Of a DNA stretch of 64,000 nucleotides, positions 9,689 through 21,416 are shown one piece after another. Location of the stretch: assembly GCA_050251655.1 (NCBI GenBank), contig JBFWMH010000009.1:1530-65529 (forward strand). Reading direction: 5' to 3'. Within the stretch, counting starts at the first letter, position 1; each line of letters starts with the position of its first letter. Both the position numbers and the translations under genes were made by a program. The notes below the pieces were generated by a model. The model saw nothing but the letters and a program-made list of their open reading frames with translations. It searched no databases and was not told the DNA's origin. The stretch comes from Acholeplasmataceae bacterium (GTDB lineage: Bacteria > Bacillota_I > Bacilli_A > Acholeplasmatales > Acholeplasmataceae).

Positions 9689-10735
9689 ATGTTTATAAAA
9701 ATCTTACTTGCTAACACCTTACACAACGTACTTCTCACTTTAGGTGTTGTTATAGCATTAGTGGGTATATTCTTAATTTCTCATTTAATTAATTTGAAAT
9801 ATTCTAAAAAAGGTCGATCAATCATTTTAGGAATTTCTTATTTTATTAGTTTTGTTGCTTTGGTTGGTTCAACCGCTTTCCTATTATGGACATGGAATTT
9901 TCCGCTTGATCAGTATTTTACAAATCTAGGCACAAATCTATCATCTGTATTAGCAGATAGTATTGGTTTAATGGTCTCAACTGCTTTAGTTATTTTTATT
10001 GCTTTATTTATTTTAAAAGTTGCTAAACTTAGTATGTCTAGAATTGGTAGTAAACCAAGCACTTCACAAAAACGCAAAAAAACCATCGCTAAACTTTTAC
10101 AAAGTGTTTTAAAATATGGTATTTGGTTAGTAACCATCTTAGTTGTGCTTTCCATTTGGGGTGTTAATGTAGGTCCAGCCCTTGCTGGTTTAGGTATTGC
10201 TGGTTTGGTGATTGGTCTTGGTGCTCAAAAATTCATTAACGACTTAATCAATGGTTTATTTATTATCTTTGAACAACATTTTGATGTTGGTGATGTCATT
10301 GAAACGAATGGTTTTAGAGGTGAAGTTACTGATATCGGTTTAAAAACAACTAAGATTAAAAACTGGAAAGGTGAAGTGAAAATCTTAGCCAATGGTGAAA
10401 TCACTGATGTCCTTAACTGTTCAAGAAATGCTTCAATTGCTATTGTTGATTTCGGTGTTGCTTATGGAGAAAACATCCAAGAAGTCATTGACTTATTAAC
10501 TGTTAAACTCCCAGATTTTAGAAAACTCTTCCCAGATATTATCATCGAAGATCCTCAATGTTTAGGTGTCATTGAACTTGCTGGAAGTAGCGTCAACATC
10601 AGAGCGATTGCTAAAACATTAAACAATCAACATTATGCTATCGAAAGAAGTTTAAGAACATTTATCAAACGTACACTTGATGAAAATGGTATTGAAATTC
10701 CATTCCCACAAGTCGTTGTTCACGAAGCTAAATAA
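9689..10735 (+). CDS. mscS: MscS small-conductance mechanosensitive channel with extra N-terminal TM helices
   Basis: LAGLGIAGLVIGLGAQ, FDVGDVIE, IGLKTTKI, GIEIPFPQ. Confidence 0.9.
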   Translation: MFIKILLANTLHNVLLTLGVVIALVGIFLISHLINLKYSKKGRSIILGISYFISFVALVGSTAFLLWTWNFPLDQYFTNLGTNLSSVLADSIGLMVSTALVIFIALFILKVAKLSMSRIGSKPSTSQKRKKTIAKLLQSVLKYGIWLVTILVVLSIWGVNVGPALAGLGIAGLVIGLGAQKFINDLINGLFIIFEQHFDVGDVIETNGFRGEVTDIGLKTTKIKNWKGEVKILANGEITDVLNCSRNASIAIVDFGVAYGENIQEVIDLLTVKLPDFRKLFPDIIIEDPQCLGVIELAGSSVNIRAIAKTLNNQHYAIERSLRTFIKRTLDENGIEIPFPQVVVHEAK

Positions 10736-10763
10736 AAAACGAGGTGATCATCACCTCTTTTTT
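10736..10763 (+). terminator. Intrinsic terminator after mscS
   Basis: GAGGTGA-TCA-TCACCTC followed by TTTTTT. Confidence 0.75.
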
Positions 10764-10777
10764 CTTAGGAGATTTTT

Positions 10778-11551
10778 ATGAAATTAATCAAGCACATACA
10801 ATTTAATAAAACAGAAAATGATGTTGGATTTCCTTATGCGCTAGGCTTTTTCAATCACCAAATCATATGTGATGATGTAACAATCATCGTTGGTGATAAT
10901 GGCTCAGGTAAGTCAACCTTATTAGAACTGCTCTCAAAAGAACTCAGCTTATATCAAATTGGTGAACCATTAATTCTACCAAAAAGAATTGATGTTGATT
11001 TAAGATTTCATTTAAAACGACCTTTAGGATTTTACTTTTCTGCTGAAGATTTCACTTCTTACATTAAACGCTTGGTCAATGATAAGAGGGAAGCTTATAA
11101 AGGATTAAAAGATGTTGATAGAGAATATGAACATAAATCTTTATTTTCTAAACAACAGGCAAGAAGTGCCTATTTAAGAACCATTGCTGAAATAGATAAA
11201 ATGTATGAAAAAGATTTATTAATCTCATCACATGGAGAGTCCTATTTAAACTTCTTTCGTTCAAGAATAAGACCTAATCAACTTTTTATTCTTGATGAAC
11301 CCGAAACACCTTTATCATTTGAAAATCAACTAGCACTCATTTATATGATTCATGATGCTGTATCTGAGGGTTCTCAATTTATTATTGCTACACATTCACC
11401 TGTGATATGCGCATATCCTCATGCAAAGATCTATCAGTTAACAAAAGATACGATTAGTGAGACTTCATATGATCAATTGGAATCTGTACATCTCATGAAA
11501 GATTTTCTTAACATGCCAGATAGATATTTAAATCATTTACTAAAAAAGTAA
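10778..11551 (+). CDS. Predicted ABC-fold AAA ATPase (stand-alone)
   Basis: GDNGSGKST, SHGESY, LDEPE, IIATHSP. Confidence 0.85.
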   Translation: MKLIKHIQFNKTENDVGFPYALGFFNHQIICDDVTIIVGDNGSGKSTLLELLSKELSLYQIGEPLILPKRIDVDLRFHLKRPLGFYFSAEDFTSYIKRLVNDKREAYKGLKDVDREYEHKSLFSKQQARSAYLRTIAEIDKMYEKDLLISSHGESYLNFFRSRIRPNQLFILDEPETPLSFENQLALIYMIHDAVSEGSQFIIATHSPVICAYPHAKIYQLTKDTISETSYDQLESVHLMKDFLNMPDRYLNHLLKK

Positions 11552-11572
11552 GCCATCAGCTTACTTTTTTTT
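11542..11572. terminator. Bidirectional terminator between the ATPase and asnB
   Basis: AAAAAAGTAAGC-CATCA-GCTTACTTTTTT between convergent genes. Confidence 0.8.
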
Positions 11573-11592
11573 AATTGTTATAAAACTTAATT

Positions 11593-13155
11593 CTACTTTC
11601 CAGAATCACCATAGTTCTTTAAAAAACGTGCACTTGGATCATCAACATTACATCCTTCCCATGTTTTATTAGGCATCCAATAATCTTTAATTAAATGTCC
11701 ATGGTTTTTATAATGTGTTTCAAAGATATCACGATATAAAAGTGCTTCTTTCGTTGGAGGTATTGGAAAGTATGTATTTTTCTTTTGCAAAAATACTTCA
11801 TCTGAATAAACACTTTCTGCATATGCTTTTAATATATCTACCATACTATGACCCACAGCATCACTAAATGCTGCTTTTTGTCTATAGAGAATTTCATCTG
11901 GTAAATATGCATTTTCAAATGCTTTTCTAAGTAGATACTTTCCCATGTTATAAGTATTCATCTTTTTAGCGGGATCAATTCTGACAACATAATCAACAAA
12001 AGATAGATCACCAAATGGGACACGTGCCTCTAATGAGTGATATGCCAAACAACGATCAGCCCTTAAAACATCATACATATATAATTCTTTCATTCGTTTA
12101 ATCTCATCTTCTTGAAATGCTTCTTTGCTTGGTGCAAAGTCAGTGTATTTATATCCAAAAAGTTCATCGCTGACTTCACCTGTCAATAACACTTTAATAT
12201 CTGTATATTCATGAATATATTTACTGACAAGAAACATACCAATAGATGCTCTTACAGTTGTGATGTCAAATGATTCTAATGCATAAATCACTTCGCTTAA
12301 AGATGTGATCACATCTTCTTTAGTCATGATAACTTCATGGTGTTCTGTTCCTAAGTATTCTGACACTATCTTTGCATATTTTAAATCAATAGGATCTGTA
12401 TCCATTCCAATACTAAATGTCTTAAGTGGTTTTTTTGATTGTCTGGCAGCAACCGCACAAACCAAACTAGAATCTAATCCTCCGGATAATAAATATCCGA
12501 TAGGTGCATCACTATGCATGCGCTTAATAATGCCTTTTTTAAGTCTTTCTTCAATTTCTTTAAATATCACCTCATGTGTATCATCATGATATTTAACATC
12601 ATCAAAAATATCTGTATATTTAACAAACTTATCTTGATAATAATAATGTCCTGGTGGAAAAGGTATAACCTTGTCAACATTTGAAATGATTGCTTTAGCT
12701 TCACTTGCAAAAACAATTTTCTTACTGATTTTCTCATATCCATAAAATAATGGTCTTATCCCAATAGGATCTCTAGCTGCAATGACTTCGCCTTTTTTCT
12801 CATCAAACAAAACAACCGCAAACTCAGCATCTAACTTATCAAACATCTTAAGTCCAAAAGTTTTATAAAGTGGTAATAAAACTTCACAATCAGATGTTGA
12901 TTTAAATTGATATTGAACTTCTTTTTTTAATGCTTCTTCATTATATATTTCTGCGTTTGCTACTAGAATGACTTCATCATCATAAAAAGGTTGCATACCT
13001 GTTTCATGTAAATCCATAATCGCTAATCTATTGAAATAAAACTTATACCCTTTTCCCATCACTTTCATTTGTTGATCTGGACCCCTATAAATAATACATT
13101 TTGATCCGTCATCAAAAGCAACTTCTTCACTCGTTGAAACTAAAATACCGCACAT
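11593..13155 (-). CDS. asnB: Asparagine synthetase B (glutamine-hydrolysing)
   Basis: N-terminal Ntn Cys (MCGI), RGPD, RDPIGIRPL, SGGLDSS, GEVSDELFG. Confidence 0.94.
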   Translation of the reverse strand: MCGILVSTSEEVAFDDGSKCIIYRGPDQQMKVMGKGYKFYFNRLAIMDLHETGMQPFYDDEVILVANAEIYNEEALKKEVQYQFKSTSDCEVLLPLYKTFGLKMFDKLDAEFAVVLFDEKKGEVIAARDPIGIRPLFYGYEKISKKIVFASEAKAIISNVDKVIPFPPGHYYYQDKFVKYTDIFDDVKYHDDTHEVIFKEIEERLKKGIIKRMHSDAPIGYLLSGGLDSSLVCAVAARQSKKPLKTFSIGMDTDPIDLKYAKIVSEYLGTEHHEVIMTKEDVITSLSEVIYALESFDITTVRASIGMFLVSKYIHEYTDIKVLLTGEVSDELFGYKYTDFAPSKEAFQEDEIKRMKELYMYDVLRADRCLAYHSLEARVPFGDLSFVDYVVRIDPAKKMNTYNMGKYLLRKAFENAYLPDEILYRQKAAFSDAVGHSMVDILKAYAESVYSDEVFLQKKNTYFPIPPTKEALLYRDIFETHYKNHGHLIKDYWMPNKTWEGCNVDDPSARFLKNYGDSGK

Positions 13156-13182
13156 CTTCATCATCCTTTCAAATTGAAATAA

Positions 13183-13437
13183 ACAAAAAAGAGCCTTCTT
13201 CCACTAAAAGGGACGAATGACTCTTATATCCGCGGTACCACCCAAATTATCAAACCATGTTTGATCACTTTTAAAGTTCTAACAAACTCATATCTCTATA
13301 ACGGGAGATCCCGACTTAGCCTACTTTATTTCGGTAAGTACTCCTTGGCGTTTTTCAATCAAGTTATTATATAGACTCTCAGCAACGTCTACTCTCTGTG
13401 ATAAATCACTTTATTTACTCTTCCAAATCATCGTTTG
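13183..13437 (-). ncRNA. T-box riboswitch with Asn (AAC) specifier upstream of asnB
   Basis: Minus strand: stem I with AGAGA and GCTGAG boxes, specifier loop GAAAAAC-G (AAC at 13352-13350) closed by TTGG/CCAA, T-box AATTTGGGTGGTACCGCGG (13230-13248), then a terminator with a U-tract. Confidence 0.92.
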
Positions 13438-13442
13438 AAAAG

Positions 13443-13472
13443 ATTTTAACATATATAAACTCACTTTTGCAA
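13443..13472 (-). promoter_or_regulatory. Promoter of the asnB T-box leader
   Basis: TTGCAA-18 nt-TAAAAT with extended -10 TG. Confidence 0.6.
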
Positions 13473-13575
13473 TAATAAAATAAATATTAGTTCAGCAATT
13501 TATGTTTTTAATATCACATCCACGATTTGTTAGTTAAAAATAATGAGATAGAGTATTAAATTAATTAAAGTTATA

Positions 13576-13605
13576 TTGACATTATTTACATTATTCGTGT
13601 ATAAT
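13576..13605 (+). promoter_or_regulatory. sigma70 promoter of the glp operon
   Basis: Perfect TTGACA-18 nt-TATAAT. Confidence 0.8.
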
Positions 13606-13627
13606 TTAAATATAAGTTAAGATGAAC

Positions 13628-13686
13628 AAGAGTTAAGAGCGCGAAATGTCAATTATTCATTTTTTGACTTCGCCTTTTATTTTTTC
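13628..13686 (+). terminator. Leader terminator upstream of glpP (candidate GlpP antitermination site 1)
   Basis: GCGAAATGTCAA...TTGACTTCGC hairpin with a U-rich tail, between the promoter and the glpP SD. Confidence 0.65.
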
Positions 13687-13698
13687 AAAGGAGATATT

Positions 13699-14238
13699 AT
13701 GTTTTATAATCAACACATTATTCCTGCTATATCTAATCATCAAGCTTTGAAAAAATTTATTGATTCTCCGCATACTTATGGAATATTAATGAATTTTCAA
13801 CTTGCTCAACTCAAAGGGTTGGTCGAAGCAGGACACAAAGCAAATAAAAAAATTCTCATTCACTCAGAATTGATTAAAGGATTATCTCATGATGAATATG
13901 GTGCTATCTATTTAATCCAAGAGCTCAAAGTTGATGGTCTGATCTCAAGTAAACCTAAGGTGATTGAGATATGTAAAAAAAGAAATGTGATAGGTATCTT
14001 TAGATTTTTCTTAAAAGATAGCATTTCTTTAGAACAATCTTTAATGATTACTAGAAAGATTGAACCGATTTATTTAGAAGTCTTACCTGCAACTTCTACT
14101 TCTTTAATTGAGTATATTAAAACTCAAGTTAATGCAGAAATACTTATGGGTGGTCTCATCCAAAACAAATCACAAATCCAAAATTGCCTTGCATCTGGTG
14201 CAATTGCAGTCACAACTTCTAATATCGATTTGTGGTAA
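13699..14238 (+). CDS. glpP: Glycerol-3-phosphate-responsive antiterminator
   Basis: HSELIKGLSHDEY, GLISSK, RFFLKDSISL, EVLPA, MGGLI, AVTTSN; heads a glycerol operon. Confidence 0.92.
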   Translation: MFYNQHIIPAISNHQALKKFIDSPHTYGILMNFQLAQLKGLVEAGHKANKKILIHSELIKGLSHDEYGAIYLIQELKVDGLISSKPKVIEICKKRNVIGIFRFFLKDSISLEQSLMITRKIEPIYLEVLPATSTSLIEYIKTQVNAEILMGGLIQNKSQIQNCLASGAIAVTTSNIDLW

Positions 14239-14258
14239 AAACATGTTAATCTAAATTC

Positions 14259-14309
14259 GAGAGTCTAGAGAGAAAAGCAATTTTCATTGTTTTTCTCTTT
14301 TTATTTTTT
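14259..14309 (+). terminator. Second leader terminator between glpP and glpA (candidate GlpP site 2)
   Basis: 13-bp stem AGAGAAAAGCAAT/ATTGTTTTTCTCT, TTTC loop, then TTTTATTTTTT. Confidence 0.75.
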
Positions 14310-14325
14310 AGGAAGAAGGTATCTT

Positions 14326-15780
14326 ATGAACAACAAAGAAATGATTTATGATTATGCGATTATTGGAGCTGGTATTGTCGGTTCTTTAATTGCTAGATAC
14401 TTAAGTCAATATGAAACAAAAACAATTTTATTAGAAAAAGAAAATGACATCGCAAATGTTCAAACCAGCGCGAATAGTGCAATTATCCATTCTGGTCATG
14501 ATCCAAAACCTGGAACATTAAAAGCAAAACTTTGTGTTTTAGGAAATGAAATGTATGATGAGTTAGAACAAACGATGCACATACCATTAAGACGTACTGG
14601 CGCTTTTGTGGTTGCTAAAAACGAAACTGAATTAAGAACACTCGTTGAACTTCAAGAAAGAGCTAAACTTAACGGTGTAAAATCTTATCAACTTTTATTA
14701 AAGGATCAAATCAAACTTGAAGAACCCCATTTAAATGACACCATAGTAGGTGCACTTTCATTACCTACAACCAAAGTAACATTCCCTTGGGAGGTTGCTA
14801 TCAAAGCATGTCATGTTGCCATCAAAAATGGTGTGACCTTTCAAAAAAATTCAATGGTCACAAACATCACATATCAAAATGATATCTTTGATATTGAAGT
14901 GAATCACAACACTCACATCTTAGCAAAACATGTAATTAACTCAAGTGGTGCACATTCAAAAGAACTTTCTTTATTTTTAGATGAAGAACTTCCATTTAAT
15001 TCAACACCTAAACGTGGGGAATATTTTGTACTTGATCGTCAAGTTGAAGGCATGTTTAAACATGTCATATATCCACTTCCTTCACAAAAGGGTAAAGGTG
15101 TTTTAATTACACCTCAAACTCATGGAAATATTTTATTAGGGCCAACAAGTGATTATACTGATGATTTGATTACTTATACTTCAAGAGATGGATTATCTTA
15201 TGTAAAAGAACATGTCAAAGACTTATGTGATCACATACCTTATCCATATATCATTAGATCATTCTCTGGTATTCGTGCAAGTATTGATACTAAAGACTTC
15301 TACATTAAACCTTCTTCTAAATATCCTAACTTCTATATACTTGCTGGTATTGATTCACCAGGACTAACAGCAGCGCCTGCGATTGCAAAATACTTAGTTG
15401 ATGAAATTATTCAAATCAAAGAGCCACTGAAAAATGATTTCAATCCTTATTTAGACCAAGATATCATATTTAAAGACTTGTCATTAAAGCGACAACAAGA
15501 ACTCTATAAAGAAAAACCTAAGTATGGTCATGTCATATGTCAATGTGAACATGTGAGTGAACAAGAAATCATTGATGCTATTTTATCTCCTGTTGGAAGT
15601 CAAACCATCAAAGGAATTAAAAAAAGAACACGTGCAGGTGCAGGTACATGTCAAGGTGGATACTGTCAATCTGAAGTGTTAAGAATTATTGCAAGTGTAA
15701 CTAAAAGTGAACCTACTTCTATTAATTATGATGCATTAGGAACTGAGATACTTGATAAAGAATCGAAGGTGGGATTATGA
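14326..15780 (+). CDS. glpA: FAD-dependent glycerol-3-phosphate dehydrogenase large subunit with C-terminal BFD-like [2Fe-2S] domain
   Basis: GAGIVG, TSANSAIIHSG, KGVLITP, GIDSPGLTAAPAIA, CQCE...GAGTCQGGYC; upstream of glpK. Confidence 0.85.
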   Translation: MNNKEMIYDYAIIGAGIVGSLIARYLSQYETKTILLEKENDIANVQTSANSAIIHSGHDPKPGTLKAKLCVLGNEMYDELEQTMHIPLRRTGAFVVAKNETELRTLVELQERAKLNGVKSYQLLLKDQIKLEEPHLNDTIVGALSLPTTKVTFPWEVAIKACHVAIKNGVTFQKNSMVTNITYQNDIFDIEVNHNTHILAKHVINSSGAHSKELSLFLDEELPFNSTPKRGEYFVLDRQVEGMFKHVIYPLPSQKGKGVLITPQTHGNILLGPTSDYTDDLITYTSRDGLSYVKEHVKDLCDHIPYPYIIRSFSGIRASIDTKDFYIKPSSKYPNFYILAGIDSPGLTAAPAIAKYLVDEIIQIKEPLKNDFNPYLDQDIIFKDLSLKRQQELYKEKPKYGHVICQCEHVSEQEIIDAILSPVGSQTIKGIKKRTRAGAGTCQGGYCQSEVLRIIASVTKSEPTSINYDALGTEILDKESKVGL

Positions 15781-17040
15781 GAAAAACATATGATGTCACC
15801 ATCATCGGTGGCGGGTCTGCAGGATTAGCTGCAGCAAAAGCGTTTAAAGGAACAAAAACAAAAGTAGCTTTAATAGAAAGATCACATATACTAGGTGGTA
15901 TATTAAATCAATGCATCCACAATGGATTTGGACTTCATGTCTTTAAAGAAATGCTCACTGGTCCAGAATTTGCACAAAGATTTATTGATGATATTGATGA
16001 AAAACAACTTGATCTATATTTAGACACAACCGTTTTAGATGTTAATCAAGAAAATCCTTTCATCTTAATTTGTAGCAGTGAATATGAAGGTGTTTATGAA
16101 ATCGAATCTAAAACAATCATCTTATCAAGTGGTTGTTATGAAAGATCAAGAGGTGCTATCTCAATTCCTGGTTCAAGACCCAATGGCATTATGACTGCTG
16201 GTACTGCACAAAAATATTTAAATATTGATGGTTACTTAGTCGGTAAAAATGTCTTTATTTTAGGTAGTGGTGACATAGGACTTATTATGGCAAGACGTAT
16301 GACTTTAGAAGGTGCTAAAGTTTTAGGTGTTGCAGAAATGATGCCATACTCTAATGGTTTGAATAGAAATATTGCACAATGTTTAGATGACTTTGATATT
16401 CCACTATATTTATCTCATACGATTGTTGACATTAAAGGCGAGAAAAATCTAGAATCAGTAACGATTCAACAGTTAGATGAATCATTTAATCCTATAGAAG
16501 GTACACAAAAAACATTTGAAGTTGATACACTTTTATTATCCGTTGGACTTATTCCAGATATAAAAGTTTTTGAACATCTAGATTTAACTTTAAATCCAAT
16601 CACTAAAAGCATTAATGTTAATCAAAACTATCAAACATCAATCCCTGGCATATTCGCATGTGGTAATGCACTTCACGTTCATGATTTGGTCGATGATGTA
16701 GTCATTGAATCCATGCGTGCTGGTCAAGCAGTATTAAATTATTTATCGGCTTCTCAAAGCCCTGTAACACAAAATGTAAAAGTCTTATATGACCACCATA
16801 TTAGATATGTGGTTCCTCATCATCTCAATGCTAACTACTTACTTAATGAAGATCTTATCTTTTTGTTTAGAACAACCCAAAAATTTGATGAAGCATTCTT
16901 TATAGTTAAACAAGACGATAAGGAAATATATAGAAAAAAACATCGATTTATTGTTCCTGCTGAAATGAATAAAATTGAAATCAAACGAAACGATATTGAT
17001 TTATCAAAAGACGTATCTATATCACTTGAGGAGGTTAAAA

Positions 17041-17051
<11 letters not shown>
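15777..17051 (+). CDS. NAD(P)/FAD-dependent oxidoreductase (second subunit of clostridial/archaeal-type G3P dehydrogenase)
   Basis: GGGSAG, GGILNQCIHNGFG, GSGDIGLIMARR, CGNALHVHDLVD; ATGA overlap with glpA. Confidence 0.85.
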
Positions 17052-18887
<1,836 letters not shown>

Positions 18888-18893
18888 CACAAT

Positions 18894-18924
18894 AAAAAAG
18901 ACTTCAATCGAAGTCTTTTATTTT
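18894..18924. terminator. Bidirectional terminator glpK / feo operon
   Basis: AAAAGACTTC-AATC-GAAGTCTTTT. Confidence 0.75.
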
Positions 18925-19052
18925 GTAATTTTATTTTGTGAATAAGAGCATACTTTACATGCTTTCTCATCTTTATGTTTTACCATTTGATAGATAATAC
19001 CAAAGATAATACCTGCAGTCACAATTAAAATAATAATATCTGCTAACGTCAT
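18918..19052 (-). CDS. FeoB-associated Cys-rich small membrane protein
   Basis: MTLADIIILIVTAGIIFGIIYQMVKHKDEKACKVC (one TM helix plus CxxC); ATGA overlap with the feoB stop. Confidence 0.75.
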   Translation of the reverse strand: MTLADIIILIVTAGIIFGIIYQMVKHKDEKACKVCSYSQNKITK

Positions 19053-21031
19053 AATAACACCTCTATTAAATGTCCTACTTGATATACTATGGTTGCAAGC
19101 ACCCAAGCAATCCCAGTTTGTAGTCCTAATGCTCTCCATAATGTCTTAGAATTTCCAAGTTCTCTATTCATCGCACCTACAGCACCAAAACAAGGTGCAC
19201 TAAATAAATTAAAGACCATGAATGCATAGGCTGATGAAGCTGAGAAAAATCCGAATGCGGATGCATTAAAGATGAGCACACCAGCGCTGGTATCTTCACT
19301 AAATCCTGCAATAATTGCCATAGAAGATACGACTTGTTCTTTTGCAACCAAACCTTGAATGGCTGACACTGATGCTTCCCAACTAAATGTTCCTAAAAAA
19401 GGATAGAAAAACCATGAGAATAATTTCCCAATACCAGCAAGCATACTTTGATCTGGTGATACACCATATTCAAACGTAAATGAGAAACTAATAAGTAACC
19501 ATATCGCAACGCTTGCCATAAAAATGATTGTTCCTGCTTGCGTAATAAATGCTTTAACTTTTAAATATACATCTTTAAATATATAAGACGCTTGAGGTAA
19601 TTTATATGATGGTAGTTCTAAAATGAAATTAGAACTATGATCTTTATAAAATATCTTCTTAAATATAAATGCTACTAAAACAATAATTGTAATAGCTAAG
19701 AAATATAATGATGCACTCACTAAACCTGAGTGATCACTAAAGAAATATCCTGCAAACAATGTAATAATAGGAAGTTTAGCACTACATGGAATAAATGGTG
19801 TAAGCATAATCGTCATTTTCTTTTCTGTCTCATCGGAGATAGATCTAGCTGACATGATAGCTGGTACACTACATCCACTACCAATAATAAATGGAATAAG
19901 TGATTTACCTGATAACCCAACTTTTTGAAATACTCTATCTAAGAAAAAGGCGATTCTTGACATATAACCGGTTGCTTCTAATAATGAAATCATTAAAAAT
20001 AAAATCATTAATTGCGGTACAAAGTTAAGCACTGCACCAACACCAGCAACAATACCATCAATGACTAAACTTCTAGACCAATCAGATGCATGCCAAATGA
20101 TGAGTCTTTGATTAAACCATTCAGAAAAACTACCAATAGTACGGTCAACAAAGTCAACTGTTAATCCTCCAAAGGGACCAGCAGCTAAATAATAAATTGA
20201 AAACATGATGAGCGCAAAAATAGGCAATGCTAAGTACTTATTTAATACGATACGATCAATCTTATCAGTTAGTGACATATGTGCTTTATGCCATTTGATT
20301 GATTCATCTCTTAAGTTTTCAATGTATCGATATCTCTCATCAATGATAATTTGTTCTAAATCTCTTTGATATTCTGGTTTTAATTGATCAATCAAAAGAT
20401 GTGTTTCATCATTTTGATATGCATCAAACTTTTGATGTTCTTCAATCAGTTTTAATGCAACATATCTTTTATATGGATGGTTTACTTGCTCTTCAATTTT
20501 TGGTAATTGATTTTCAATGATGTGATCAAAAATACGAGCATATTCATTTTTTCTATAAACACCACCTTTGATTAATTTGATTAAATCAAAGATACCTGTC
20601 TTTTTTAATGCTGATATTTGAATGATGGTTGTATCCAATTTATTTTCTAAAAAATCATAATCGATTTTTATACCATGTCGATCAACTAAATCTGTCATAT
20701 TAATAGCTAATATCATGGGTTTGCCTAACTCTAGAAGCTGTGTTGTTAAATACAAACTTCTCTCCATAGCTGTAGCATCCACAATATTAACAATCAAATC
20801 GACTTGCTCATTTAATAAATAATCTACTGTAATTTGTTCATCTTGGCTATAAGCACTCAGTGAATAAACGCCTGGTAAATCGATAATCTCATAATCTGTA
20901 CTTCTAATTAATCCTTCTTTTTTCTCAATGGTCACCCCTGGCCAATTACCCGTTCTTTGATGAGATCCAGTAAGTAAATTAAAAAGTGTTGTTTTTCCTG
21001 AGTTTTGATTACCAACTAAAGCAACTCTCAT
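19049..21031 (-). CDS. feoB: Ferrous iron transporter FeoB
   Basis: GNQNSGKTT, GNWPGVT, DLPG, NMTD, GCSVPA, IPCSAKLP. Confidence 0.96.
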   Translation of the reverse strand: MRVALVGNQNSGKTTLFNLLTGSHQRTGNWPGVTIEKKEGLIRSTDYEIIDLPGVYSLSAYSQDEQITVDYLLNEQVDLIVNIVDATAMERSLYLTTQLLELGKPMILAINMTDLVDRHGIKIDYDFLENKLDTTIIQISALKKTGIFDLIKLIKGGVYRKNEYARIFDHIIENQLPKIEEQVNHPYKRYVALKLIEEHQKFDAYQNDETHLLIDQLKPEYQRDLEQIIIDERYRYIENLRDESIKWHKAHMSLTDKIDRIVLNKYLALPIFALIMFSIYYLAAGPFGGLTVDFVDRTIGSFSEWFNQRLIIWHASDWSRSLVIDGIVAGVGAVLNFVPQLMILFLMISLLEATGYMSRIAFFLDRVFQKVGLSGKSLIPFIIGSGCSVPAIMSARSISDETEKKMTIMLTPFIPCSAKLPIITLFAGYFFSDHSGLVSASLYFLAITIIVLVAFIFKKIFYKDHSSNFILELPSYKLPQASYIFKDVYLKVKAFITQAGTIIFMASVAIWLLISFSFTFEYGVSPDQSMLAGIGKLFSWFFYPFLGTFSWEASVSAIQGLVAKEQVVSSMAIIAGFSEDTSAGVLIFNASAFGFFSASSAYAFMVFNLFSAPCFGAVGAMNRELGNSKTLWRALGLQTGIAWVLATIVYQVGHLIEVLL

Positions 21032-21294
21032 TTGATAACCTCCACTTCAATTAAAGATAAATCTTTTTTTCTTAAACAAAGTTCATATCCTCTAAGTTCA
21101 ATATCAATAGGATCTCCAAGCGGTGCTATCTTTTTAACTTTGATTTGCACACCTTCAGTAATACCCATATCCATTAATCTTCTTTTGAATACGTGATCTG
21201 CTGTATGTATATGACTCACTTTAATCTTCATACCTTTAGGTATGAGATCAAGCGTCGTTTTATCGCCTATATTTAAATGCTCATTTTTTTTCAT
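21028..21294 (-). CDS. feoA: Ferrous iron transport protein FeoA
   Basis: RRLMDMGITEG, APLGDPI, LRGYELCLR. Confidence 0.92.
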   Translation of the reverse strand: MKKNEHLNIGDKTTLDLIPKGMKIKVSHIHTADHVFKRRLMDMGITEGVQIKVKKIAPLGDPIDIELRGYELCLRKKDLSLIEVEVIK

Positions 21295-21416
21295 GAACTC
21301 GCAACTCCATTTCATTAAGTACTTCTATATTATATTGATTAAGAAATACAAAATCAAATGATATCATAAAGATTCTAATTAAGACTATAAATAAAAAAAG
21401 GCTTTAATTTAAGCCT

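Noticed and set aside
21315-21400. Fur/DtxR box upstream of feoA
   Set aside because: AT-rich, but no clear palindrome matching either consensus
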